DNA of 64,000 bases. Origin: a virus. Its lineage: Duplodnaviria; Caudoviricetes. The stretch is taken from positions 106,679-170,678 of the IMG/VR virus record IMGVR_UViG_3300033075_001536; one strand, written 5' to 3'. A program made the position numbers and the translations under genes. Positions 49,700 through 58,925 of this stretch are shown here, one piece after another. Positions within the stretch are counted from its first letter, which is position 1; each line of letters opens with the position of its first letter. A model generated the notes under the pieces. It had not been told where the DNA came from and searched no databases. It saw only the letters and a list, made by a program, of their open reading frames with translations.

Positions 49700-50791
49700 A
49701 TGCGTTTAAAAAAATTCTTTGAATTTAAAGAATCTGACCTAGATCCAATCAAATCTTTTCATTTAAAAGATGAGTTAAATCCAAAACTATGGACAGACTT
49801 TGAATTGGATAGAGGAGTGCATAAAAATTTGGTAAAAATTGCTACTGACTTTTATGATTCTTTAGAATTGAAGGGAAAAATTAAAGATATTATTCTAACA
49901 GGATCACTTTGTAATTATAATTGGTCTGAAAAGTATTCAGATTATGATTTACACATTTTGGTGAACTTTTCTGATATTTCAGATGATTTGATTTTAGTTA
50001 AAAAGTTTGTAGATGCTGCAAAAACTATTTGGAATAAAGAACATAATATCAAACTAAAGGGATATGAGGTAGAAATTTATATTCAAGACGAAAAGGAAAA
50101 ACATAGATCAACTGGTGTGTATTCTCTTTTAAATGATAAATGGAAAGTAAAACCAAATAAGGAAAAATTCGAAATTGATGAAGATTTAATTGCTAAAAAA
50201 GCAGAATCTATTATGTTATCTATTGATGATCTAGAAAAAGAGTCAAAAGAAGATTTGCCTTACACAACATTCAAAGGACATGTTAAAAAGGTTTGGGAAA
50301 AAATAAAGAAAATGCGTTTAGAAGCATTAGATGAAGGCGGTGAATATTCAACTGGTAATTTAGTTTTCAAATTATTAAGAAGAAATGGGTACATTGAAAA
50401 GATTATGATCATGAAGAAAAATGCCTATGAAAAGCAATTTACTTTGAATGAGGGAATTTTGGATTGGTTCAAAGATTCTGAGGAAGATGCAATGGGAAAA
50501 CAAATACTGAAGAAGTTGGATGATGTTGATCCGGAAGATATTGAAATGACAAAGGATAATGGTAATTGGATCCTATTCGCAAAACTTGGTAATAATCTAA
50601 TAAGAATAGAAAGATCTGTGCATTATGGTGCAAGACATATGCATTCAAATCACAATATTACCATAAATGATTCGGAATTACCTTGTTCATCATCTATAAA
50701 GGCAAAAATATATAGTAAGTTAGTAACCATGTATAATGATGAGAAAAAAAGACAAAATATCCAAAAAATATCAACTGACTTGAATATATGA
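49700..50791 (+). CDS. Pol-beta-superfamily nucleotidyltransferase, CTS-like N-terminus
   Basis: LTGSLCNYNW..YSDYDLH, YEVEIYIQD; start at ATG 49700 (MRLKKFFEFKES). Confidence 0.75.
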   Translation: MRLKKFFEFKESDLDPIKSFHLKDELNPKLWTDFELDRGVHKNLVKIATDFYDSLELKGKIKDIILTGSLCNYNWSEKYSDYDLHILVNFSDISDDLILVKKFVDAAKTIWNKEHNIKLKGYEVEIYIQDEKEKHRSTGVYSLLNDKWKVKPNKEKFEIDEDLIAKKAESIMLSIDDLEKESKEDLPYTTFKGHVKKVWEKIKKMRLEALDEGGEYSTGNLVFKLLRRNGYIEKIMIMKKNAYEKQFTLNEGILDWFKDSEEDAMGKQILKKLDDVDPEDIEMTKDNGNWILFAKLGNNLIRIERSVHYGARHMHSNHNITINDSELPCSSSIKAKIYSKLVTMYNDEKKRQNIQKISTDLNI

Positions 50792-51219
50792 AATATCTAA
50801 AAAAATATGATGAAGGCTTTATTGATTGGATCACTAATAAGTTCAAAAAAGAAGAACCAGAAGACACTGATACAGATGATAATAAAATAGCTAAAGGTAT
50901 TATTAAAACTATTATTCCATCTATTGATCCGGATAATATTGAATTTGTTGAAGCAACCTATGATAATGGGAATAAGAATTCCATCAATGTTAAATTAGGA
51001 GGTGGTAGCAATTTATACTTAACGAAATATTATTCAAATTATGCTTTAAAAGTTGATGATGATGAAATTTTATGTGATGATGGTGATTATAAAGATAAGT
51101 CCGGTAAGGTTACAAGAACCAATTATAAAAGGGTTATCTATGAACAATTACTTAAAAAGTATAAAGACGAGCAAGCAAGAGTTCGTTTTCAAAGAATTAG
51201 TACCAATGTTGGATTATGA
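50788..51219 (+). CDS. hypothetical protein, CTS-like N-terminus
   Basis: EGFIDW...similar to C-terminal module of upstream NTase (EGILDW...). Confidence 0.6.
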   Translation: MKYLKKYDEGFIDWITNKFKKEEPEDTDTDDNKIAKGIIKTIIPSIDPDNIEFVEATYDNGNKNSINVKLGGGSNLYLTKYYSNYALKVDDDEILCDDGDYKDKSGKVTRTNYKRVIYEQLLKKYKDEQARVRFQRISTNVGL

Positions 51220-51659
51220 AACATTTAAGAAGAATAAATGAGGATGTCATTACAAGTGATGAGAAAGAGGAATTGAAAAACATCTCAACTGATTTAATTG
51301 ATATGGGATTTAATATGCAAATTGTTGAGGAGGATCAAAATTTTGTCCAATCTGTTAGATCACATTCTATTTATTATAATAAAAGAGTAGATTTTAGAAA
51401 AAGATTTGGAAGTAAAAGCTCATTTAACTCTAGGTACCAATTTGTCCCAATTGATGATATGGTTAATAACATTGAGGAATATGGAGATTTTGTAAAGGAA
51501 TTGTCTACCATTCTTCCAGAAATAATTTTAAGAATAAAAGATTTAGGATTTAATATTGTACATTTATCTTACTATTTAAATGATATACTTGGTGGAAGTG
51601 GTTTTAAGACAGACTATGTTATAACAATCAAAATCAAAAAAGAATATATATCTAAATGA
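51216..51659 (+). CDS. hypothetical protein, CTS-like N-terminus
   Basis: MKHLRRINE; LKNISTDLIDMGF family motif. Confidence 0.6.
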   Translation: MKHLRRINEDVITSDEKEELKNISTDLIDMGFNMQIVEEDQNFVQSVRSHSIYYNKRVDFRKRFGSKSSFNSRYQFVPIDDMVNNIEEYGDFVKELSTILPEIILRIKDLGFNIVHLSYYLNDILGGSGFKTDYVITIKIKKEYISK

Positions 51660-52135
51660 GAAAATTTTCACAAATAAATGAAAAAACAAATCCTTGGTAT
51701 GCCAAAGGGCAGATCATTGCTTGTTTCAAAAGTGATGTGGATGATAAAGTTGTTGATTATTTTCTAAAAAAACTAAAATTAAAAAGAAGAGATTACCATT
51801 TTTCTATTGAACCTGGAATGGAAATGACGGATTCCTATATCATTGATGTTCCCCAAGGAGAAGAAGATAAATATATTAAATTATTACAATCTAATTTAAA
51901 AGACGAAATTGAATGGGTAGATAGAAGAAATTTAAAATTTGAATTGAGAGCATATACTTCCTCATTTTGCGCTAAAGAACTTCAATCTCTATCAGAAGAT
52001 ACAGAAATTTCTGATCAAGAATGGAAAGAAAGAAGTGAAAAAGTAATTGATATTTTAAAAATGATTGCTGTTGAGGATTATACCTTGCTTCGAGGAACTT
52101 ATAAAGAATTTGATAAGAAATTTAACGAATTGTAA
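51656..52135 (+). CDS. hypothetical protein, CTS-like N-terminus
   Basis: MRKFSQINE. Confidence 0.6.
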   Translation: MRKFSQINEKTNPWYAKGQIIACFKSDVDDKVVDYFLKKLKLKRRDYHFSIEPGMEMTDSYIIDVPQGEEDKYIKLLQSNLKDEIEWVDRRNLKFELRAYTSSFCAKELQSLSEDTEISDQEWKERSEKVIDILKMIAVEDYTLLRGTYKEFDKKFNEL

Positions 52136-52153
52136 CTTTAATATATACTTATT

Positions 52154-52843
52154 ATGATAAAACTATCTGAAATAGAACAAACATTTAAAGACATTTTTGA
52201 AGCTGAAGAGGGACTTGTCCAATCGGTTGAAACTACTTATGAGCAATCTAAAAATAAAGAATTTTTTAAATTAGTTATCTCTCTACACGGACTTCAATTA
52301 AGTGATAACACGATTATACATACTAAATTTATTTTTAAAACCGATTTGGGAAAAACACACATCACCAGTGATTCTTTTATTTACTTATATGATATCAATT
52401 GTATGTACCATAAAGTGGAATTTGATTCAGTAATTGATATGAAGAAAAAGGTTCAAGATATAGTGGAATCCATTGATTTTGGAACTGATATTCAAATTTT
52501 ATCAGATTTTATTGAGGCACCAGCATCTTTTTTAAATTATTATATGAGAAAAAATGGAATTACAGATTATTCTGTATTTGATGTAAAATATGAACCTAAA
52601 TTTAAAACCACTCCTTGTGATAAAACCACCTTTGATTTTGAAATAGATATTAATGATAATTATAAATTTGATTTATCTATAAGAAAGACTGAAAGTGATG
52701 AACCAGATGAGCCAAACGCTTATCAATTCCAATTCAAATTTATGGATGAGGTGGAAACTGTTGAAACGGACACTCTAAAGAATATTCACTATTTTATCGG
52801 TTCTAATATTGCTCGAATGTTGGATGAAAAATTAAAATCTTAA
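52154..52843 (+). CDS. hypothetical protein
   Basis: 229 aa, AATATATA 6 nt before ATG. Confidence 0.6.
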   Translation: MIKLSEIEQTFKDIFEAEEGLVQSVETTYEQSKNKEFFKLVISLHGLQLSDNTIIHTKFIFKTDLGKTHITSDSFIYLYDINCMYHKVEFDSVIDMKKKVQDIVESIDFGTDIQILSDFIEAPASFLNYYMRKNGITDYSVFDVKYEPKFKTTPCDKTTFDFEIDINDNYKFDLSIRKTESDEPDEPNAYQFQFKFMDEVETVETDTLKNIHYFIGSNIARMLDEKLKS

Positions 52844-52846
52844 TCT

Positions 52847-53242
52847 ATGAAAATTAGGAAATTTAATGAGGGAATCGAGCCTGGTCATATGACTCTTCAA
52901 TATTTATTTGATTCTGCCGATCAAATTGTTGGAATAAATTTGGATAACGAAAGAAGTTTAAAGTGGTTAGAAGAACATCATAATTTGGAAAATGATTTTA
53001 CTTTTTCAGATCACTCATTACAAAAATTTGATGGTGGATATTTTATTTGGCCCGCAAATAATTTTAATTGGGGATTTTTATTTGTATATGTTGGTGATAG
53101 TGATACTCCAAAGGCAATTATATATGTTGGTGAGCTCTTTAATCCATTTGCTTTTAAGAACATGATAATTTGCCCTGGTAGAGATTATGTTGTTGCTTAT
53201 GATTGGCAGACTGGAGAATACAAAAAACATGCAATTAGATGA
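52847..53242 (+). CDS. tandem paralog A1, CTS-like N-terminus
   Basis: MKIRKFNEGIEPGHMTL...FDGGY...DTPKAI. Confidence 0.65.
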   Translation: MKIRKFNEGIEPGHMTLQYLFDSADQIVGINLDNERSLKWLEEHHNLENDFTFSDHSLQKFDGGYFIWPANNFNWGFLFVYVGDSDTPKAIIYVGELFNPFAFKNMIICPGRDYVVAYDWQTGEYKKHAIR

Positions 53243-53616
53243 GAATTTTGAAATTTAATGAAGGACTAGAACCACACCACGCAACTTATGGGTATTTATT
53301 TAACGCTTGTAAAGTGACAAATGTAGATCAAAAAGAGTATTTTGAAGGAAAATGGAAAACACATGATTATGATGACGAATTTGTTTTTAATGAGAAATAT
53401 CAATTGCAGAAAATAAAAGACGGATATATTATTGAAAAGGATGGCTTAATTTTTGTTTTCAATGGGGATTCTGAAACTCCAGATGCCATATTTCATCAGC
53501 TTTACGAACAGCACGGACATACCGAATTTGAAAATATGTTAGTGTTTTATGGACATGAAAATATATTGATGTACAATAGAGAAGCCAATACTTTTAAAAA
53601 AATACGCACAAGATGA
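53239..53616 (+). CDS. tandem paralog A2
   Basis: MRILKFNEGLEPHHATY...KDGY...ETPDAI. Confidence 0.65.
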   Translation: MRILKFNEGLEPHHATYGYLFNACKVTNVDQKEYFEGKWKTHDYDDEFVFNEKYQLQKIKDGYIIEKDGLIFVFNGDSETPDAIFHQLYEQHGHTEFENMLVFYGHENILMYNREANTFKKIRTR

Positions 53617-54020
53617 GAATTAAAAGATTCAATGAAAAGATAGAAACTGGACATGCTACTATTGGAGATGTTATTGGCGCTGCAGATTTAATTGTTGGGT
53701 TTTCCGAAAATGAATACAGAGATATATTTGATGATGATTTTACATTTGATAACACTAATCTATATACATTTGATGGTGGATATTGTATTTGGTTTTATGA
53801 TCCAAATGTTGGGAGATATATGAATATTGATAAAACCCATCCACTAACTGATTTAGTTTTTATTTATAGAAATGATGACGAATTTCCAACAGCCATATTT
53901 AGAGTAAATGAATTAAGTGCAATTAATCATTTTAATAAAACACTAACCATGATTGGAAGAGAAGTTGCTAGATTCTATGATGTGAATACTTGGCAGAATA
54001 GAGATGAAATAACCTTTTAA
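53613..54020 (+). CDS. tandem paralog A3
   Basis: MRIKRFNEKIETGHATI...FDGGY...EFPTAI. Confidence 0.65.
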   Translation: MRIKRFNEKIETGHATIGDVIGAADLIVGFSENEYRDIFDDDFTFDNTNLYTFDGGYCIWFYDPNVGRYMNIDKTHPLTDLVFIYRNDDEFPTAIFRVNELSAINHFNKTLTMIGREVARFYDVNTWQNRDEITF

Positions 54021-54023
54021 ACT

Positions 54024-54368
54024 ATGAAATTAAAACTATTTGAAAGCTTTTATTCTTTAGATAAAGTAACCATTAGAGAACTTATTCAGGATATCATTGA
54101 TGACTATGATTGTGAAGTTATTTTAAACGAATATGGAGGAAAAAACACATCTATTGATAAAGGAGTTAGATTAGATCTATATTGGGAATATAATTATCCA
54201 AAAGAATTTGGGCAAGAAATTATGGATGAAATAATTGAAAAGTTAGAAGACTGTGGTTATGAGTTGAATACTTGGTTCTGCTACCCAAGTGAATTGCATG
54301 GTAAATTTAAATGTGAGTATGCTACAATGGGTAAGATGTCATCTACACTTGCTATTTACGAGAAATAA
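54024..54368 (+). CDS. tandem paralog B1
   Basis: MKLKLFES..QDIIDDYDCEVI. Confidence 0.65.
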   Translation: MKLKLFESFYSLDKVTIRELIQDIIDDYDCEVILNEYGGKNTSIDKGVRLDLYWEYNYPKEFGQEIMDEIIEKLEDCGYELNTWFCYPSELHGKFKCEYATMGKMSSTLAIYEK

Positions 54369-54378
54369 TATATAATCT

Positions 54379-54786
54379 ATGCGATTAAAATTATTTGAAA
54401 ATTTTGACCAAATATCGACCAAAGAAGATGTAAAGGAAATTTTACAAGATATCATTGATGATTATGATTGTGAAGTAATATTTACCGATGCTAATAGTTT
54501 TGGAAATTTATATGCATTTGATTTGGAACATATTTTTAGATACAAACCAATAAACGATACTCCAAGATATTTAAGAATTGATTCTATATTTAACAATGAT
54601 GATGAGGGCAATTCTGGTTTAGATAATTTTAGGTTGGAGACAATAGAAAGGCTAAAGGATTATAATTTTAAAGTATTTAAAGATGAGAAAAATTATGATG
54701 TTTTTGAATATGGTTCGTCCATAGAAAGATTTGGAAAACTTGCAAATAAAATCTCTTCTTATATTGTTATAGAATTAAAAAATTGA
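54379..54786 (+). CDS. tandem paralog B2
   Basis: MRLKLFEN..QDIIDDYDCEVI. Confidence 0.65.
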   Translation: MRLKLFENFDQISTKEDVKEILQDIIDDYDCEVIFTDANSFGNLYAFDLEHIFRYKPINDTPRYLRIDSIFNNDDEGNSGLDNFRLETIERLKDYNFKVFKDEKNYDVFEYGSSIERFGKLANKISSYIVIELKN

Positions 54787-54810
54787 TATTTAAAAACCAA
54801 TATATAGAAT

Positions 54811-55266
54811 ATGTCAAATTATAAACATAACACACCGACCTTTAATACCGATAGAAAAGTTGCTAATTTTAATGATTTTGTTTCTAATCTTCCAAGTGAA
54901 TTAGAAGAACTTAAAAAAGTTAAAAGAAGTTTCCGTCATGAGCAAGGTGAAGTGGGAAATATTCCAAATAAATCAAAATATAAATACAATAAGGTAACTC
55001 ATAAAAATGATGAACTTTCTAAGGATATGATTCAAGATAAAATTGATGCTATTGAGGAGGAGGAAATAAAAGAATCTGTTGAAAACTTAGTTGGTAAAAA
55101 TTGCAAATTTGGTTTGAGAAGAGGCACGGATAAAATTTATCATGGAAAAATAACCAGTGTTAATGGTGATATTCTTACAATATGCCAAAATGAAAAATCC
55201 GTATGGGGACATAAAGGCGGTGGCGTTTTTAGAAAAAAAGAAGATGTTGAAATTTTAAATGATTAA
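54811..55266 (+). CDS. hypothetical protein
   Basis: 151 aa, AATATATA 4 nt before ATG. Confidence 0.55.
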   Translation: MSNYKHNTPTFNTDRKVANFNDFVSNLPSELEELKKVKRSFRHEQGEVGNIPNKSKYKYNKVTHKNDELSKDMIQDKIDAIEEEEIKESVENLVGKNCKFGLRRGTDKIYHGKITSVNGDILTICQNEKSVWGHKGGGVFRKKEDVEILND

Positions 55267-55346
55267 AATAACTTTCCTCAAAAAGAAAATTGGTAAAAAA
55301 TCTATAAAGTCTGTTAAGCAGGCTAAGTCTTCTAAATATAGATACA

Positions 55347-56297
55347 TTAAGAAGTCTTAATAATCTCTCCTGTTTTTGGGTTATAGTTTAATATAAGCAA
55401 TTCCATTCCTTTTGTTTGAACACCCTTATCTTTAGAATTATTACCACCTTGTGCTGAGCTTCTAAATACTTCTTTTTCTAACCATATATACTTATCTTTA
55501 GGGAGTAGCTCTTCTAATAATGGAAAATAATAATAACTCAAACTCCATTTTGATTTACAATTTTTAATCAGCTCCAATAATCTTCGGTGCGAGGCAGGTC
55601 CAAACATACCTTCTTTATCAGCACCATACCAAAATAATCTTTTTGCATCATCTTCACCATTAACATCTGGTCGAAAATATGGTGGATCTAAATAAATATA
55701 TGTTGATTCTGAATCATATTTTTTAATTAATTCTTCAAAATCAATATTGCAAAATTCTTTTATGGATTTTAATTTGTTGGTATATATTCCTTTCTCTAAT
55801 TTATTAATCAAAACCTCCAATTTTAGTCTATCTTTATCCTTTTTATACCCATTAAATCCGGCTCCTCTTGGATATACCGAGTTGTGTGATGAGGTTATCA
55901 AAAAGGCATAAATGGATGCTCTTTTAAAATCACCTATTTCAAAGTCCATGTTGTCTAGAAAATCATTTTTAATATATTTGTGGTATATGGATTTATAAAA
56001 ATTCCATTTGTCGATAGGATCAACCAAATCTGTTTTTAGTATGGTTTCTTTTAATTTATATAAGACTTCAAGAAATTTTTCCGGCTCGGAGCAACATTTA
56101 TATAGATTGGTTTGGTGTCTATTCTTATCATTATAAATAACGGTGTCGAAAATCATCCTATCATCGTCCATATAGGTGCCCATAGATCCACTAAATGGTT
56201 CTATATATGTTTTTATACCATCCTTTGGTATATTGGAATTTATTAACTCCATAAAAGCTTTACCAGATTTGCCACCAAAGTAAGAAATAACTGACAT
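55347..56297 (-). CDS. second DNA adenine methyltransferase (D12 class)
   Basis: YFGGKS, EPFSGS, NDKN, DPPY. Confidence 0.85.
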   Translation of the reverse strand: MSVISYFGGKSGKAFMELINSNIPKDGIKTYIEPFSGSMGTYMDDDRMIFDTVIYNDKNRHQTNLYKCCSEPEKFLEVLYKLKETILKTDLVDPIDKWNFYKSIYHKYIKNDFLDNMDFEIGDFKRASIYAFLITSSHNSVYPRGAGFNGYKKDKDRLKLEVLINKLEKGIYTNKLKSIKEFCNIDFEELIKKYDSESTYIYLDPPYFRPDVNGEDDAKRLFWYGADKEGMFGPASHRRLLELIKNCKSKWSLSYYYFPLLEELLPKDKYIWLEKEVFRSSAQGGNNSKDKGVQTKGMELLILNYNPKTGEIIKTS

Positions 56298-56300
56298 TAT

Positions 56301-56588
56301 CTATTCTATTATTTTTTCTAATATAAAATCTCTTTTATATTTTTGTTTTAGTCTTCCTGGAACATTTTCATGTTCCATATCAATTGCTGTTATTAAATAA
56401 TTATCTATTTGTTTTGGAGCTGAATAAGCTAATTTACTATTATACCAATAAAGCCCAATTTTTTTAAATTCTTCTTCTGAAATATAAGCATACCCGACTA
56501 TTTTTCTGGATGATAATGGATTTGCAATTAACAAATATTGATATTCCGATCCATTACTAGGTAAGTTTAATAGCTTTCTTAGATTCAA
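56301..56588 (-). CDS. small protein with C-terminal RDxxLxxI tag
   Basis: ...KRDFILEKIIE. Confidence 0.5.
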   Translation of the reverse strand: MNLRKLLNLPSNGSEYQYLLIANPLSSRKIVGYAYISEEEFKKIGLYWYNSKLAYSAPKQIDNYLITAIDMEHENVPGRLKQKYKRDFILEKIIE

Positions 56589-57093
56589 TTTCCATCAATT
56601 CTTTTCTTACTTGCATAAGAACCTTACCCAAGTTATTTTCTCCTGTTCCACAACATTTTGGACACTCACAAACTCCCCAATAGATATCGTGCCATGTATT
56701 CCCCTCAATTAATTCAGAATCCCCAGTTTCTAATAATAGTTGCTTTAAATCTTCATGTTCATAGAATTTTTTACGAACACCATAGAGCATGACATCATAT
56801 TTTACGGAATTCCAATCTGCTCTTATAGATAACTCACGACCAAGTCTTTTAACATCACCCGCTGTTTTAATTTTTGAGATATACTCTCTAGCTTCTGCTA
56901 CATCCATTTGTTTTAGTTGTTTGGATGTTCCTTCTCTGGTAGTTACTTTTACTTGAATAAATTGTGATTTGTTTATTTTCATAGCAACATAGAAGTGCTC
57001 CACACTTGGATATTTAATTCCTTGATGTGTTATTTCAGCTGGGTGGAAATTCGAAAGAAATCGATACCTACCATCAAATTTATCTATTATCAT
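56557..57093 (-). CDS. NADAR-family hydrolase (YbiA / T4 gp30.3-like)
   Basis: FLSNF, SVEHFYVAMK, LLETG..LIEGNTWHDIYWG, GENNLGKVLMQVR. Confidence 0.9.
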   Translation of the reverse strand: MIIDKFDGRYRFLSNFHPAEITHQGIKYPSVEHFYVAMKINKSQFIQVKVTTREGTSKQLKQMDVAEAREYISKIKTAGDVKRLGRELSIRADWNSVKYDVMLYGVRKKFYEHEDLKQLLLETGDSELIEGNTWHDIYWGVCECPKCCGTGENNLGKVLMQVRKELMEIESKKAIKLT

Positions 57094-57124
57094 TTAAATT
57101 ATATTTAAATATATTTTAAAGTTT

Positions 57125-57478
57125 TTACCAATACCAAGAACAATCTGAATAGTTATCTTCAAATTTCATTTCTTGTTCGGAGTCTTTTATCCACTTTTTA
57201 ATTTCTTTTTTGGACAAATATCTTTGTTTTCTGTTTTTCATATTTCTATAATGGTGTGGAGCAGTGTGTATCCAACCACAATATTCATTGTAGAATTTTT
57301 TAACCAACCTTTCTTTTATTTTTATGTAATTTGATTTAAGTGAATCAAATTCGGATCCGCGATTAAATGTTTTCCATTGAGAAACATTTCCCTCCAATTT
57401 TCTCAAGTATTCTAACTCTTCTAAAAGAGAAAGGTATTCTTTTTCTCTTTTAAGATGTTTGTTTTCAAATTTTCTCAT
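57125..57478 (-). CDS. basic hypothetical protein
   Basis: 117 aa, APHHYRN..NRKQR, ends WYW. Confidence 0.55.
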   Translation of the reverse strand: MRKFENKHLKREKEYLSLLEELEYLRKLEGNVSQWKTFNRGSEFDSLKSNYIKIKERLVKKFYNEYCGWIHTAPHHYRNMKNRKQRYLSKKEIKKWIKDSEQEMKFEDNYSDCSWYW

Positions 57479-57501
57479 TTATTAAGAGACATTTTTAAAC
57501 T

Positions 57502-57535
57502 AAAAAAGACACCTTTGTTTGGTGTCTTTTCTTTT
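57502..57535 (-). terminator. terminator after tmRNA
   Basis: AAAGACACC/GGTGTCTTT hairpin with T/A tracts. Confidence 0.7.
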
Positions 57536-57536
57536 G

Positions 57537-57907
57537 TGGAGGTGACCATGAACTGCCCATGGTGTCTTCCTTAGTTAATAACAAATATTCGTTTACAGGC
57601 TTGTTAAGTTTTTCTACTACTTACAAAATATTTGGTTGTTTCGTATTAAAAACACTCCAATAAAAAACTATCACTCTATTTATTCTGTTGTGATTCAGAG
57701 GAAAATTTTTAACAAGTGCTGTTAGGCAGTTGCTAGCTCATTTACCTTGAGTAAGTTGTTCTGGAGAGCGAAGATCATGTCTTCTCTGGTTCCAATTTCT
57801 GTTTTGCCGTTTACGACTTCGTTAGTTTAATTTATTAATCGGTTAAATTAACAATCCGATACCTGCATACTTACCATCACTCTACGAATCGATTCTATTA
57901 CACCCCC
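57537..57907 (-). ncRNA. ssrA: tmRNA (one-piece, ~371 nt)
   Basis: Acceptor stem GGGGGTG/CACCTCC-A with G3-U70, T-arm CCATG-GGCAGTT-CATGG, pk1 ATCGG/CCGAT + AATTTA/TAAATT, tag ORF 57808-57722. Confidence 0.92.
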
Positions 57908-57969
57908 GTATTATATGTAAATATAGGGATTATATATTCTATTTCCAAATAAATAAAAGTTTATGTGGA

Positions 57970-58686
57970 TTAGTTAAAGAAGATATTAGATTTTTTTATA
58001 TTTTCTTCGGCCCATAAAGGTTGAAAGTTTGTAAATTTATTTAATTCATATATTTCATCCTCATTTTTGGCCCAACTTATTGGAATTTTATGATCTAAAT
58101 GCCATTTGCCATAATTTTCCCAAGACATTCCTTCTTTAAATTGTGATTCTAGATGTATTTTAAATTCTTCATAGGAACACCCTAATATTTTTTTTGTTTT
58201 GGAATTTTTAGAATATCCCATTTTTCTAATAGATATCATTATTAGATTTCTTATGTTTCCAGATAGTTTAAATAGTGGATCTTTCTTTCTCTTATTTTTA
58301 ATTCTATTATTTATTTTTTCCTTATCTACATTTTTATAATATTTTTTATAATATTCCTTTCTTTTTTCTTTCTTGATAATACTTTCTGCAATATCTTGTT
58401 GATCTATAATTTCTTTATTCATTAGATAGAAATCTAATTTTTCCTTTTTCAGTTCATTTTTGATTATTATATTTTTTTCTCGTCTCTTTTCTACGAATTT
58501 TTTCTTCCCTATTTCATATGATTCGTATTGTTTTATACAATCTTTACAAACAGTATTATGTCCACCAGATCCATTTTTATTTACCCAAAATTCAGAAATA
58601 TTTTTAGACAAATTGCATTTTTTACAAAGTCTTATATTTTTGACTTTAAATTTTTTATCATTTTTATATAAATAAAAGAAATCCAT
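57970..58686 (-). CDS. HNH-type (homing) endonuclease with Zn finger
   Basis: CKKC..CKDC; WHLDHKIP...NFQPLWAEENIKKSN. Confidence 0.75.
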   Translation of the reverse strand: MDFFYLYKNDKKFKVKNIRLCKKCNLSKNISEFWVNKNGSGGHNTVCKDCIKQYESYEIGKKKFVEKRREKNIIIKNELKKEKLDFYLMNKEIIDQQDIAESIIKKEKRKEYYKKYYKNVDKEKINNRIKNKRKKDPLFKLSGNIRNLIMISIRKMGYSKNSKTKKILGCSYEEFKIHLESQFKEGMSWENYGKWHLDHKIPISWAKNEDEIYELNKFTNFQPLWAEENIKKSNIFFN

Positions 58687-58747
58687 TATCTATATATTGG
58701 ATTTTAAAACATACAAATTGTTCTTAAAATTGTGGATTTTTTATAGA

Positions 58748-58924
58748 TTAATGTATTGGATATTCTTCGTCTTTGTGTAAAAGTTCAATAATATCAAATA
58801 ATTTCTCATTACTTAGATTGGAGTCTCTAACCAATTTAATTATTTGTGATTTTAGAGATTTATTTTCCTCTAATTCTTCTTTAGTGTTTGTTTTTAGCTC
58901 ATTAAATTTTCTTATATGTTTCAT
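58748..58924 (-). CDS. small protein, CTS-like N-terminus
   Basis: MKHIRKFNE from ATG 58924. Confidence 0.55.
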   Translation of the reverse strand: MKHIRKFNELKTNTKEELEENKSLKSQIIKLVRDSNLSNEKLFDIIELLHKDEEYPIH

Positions 58925-58925
58925 A

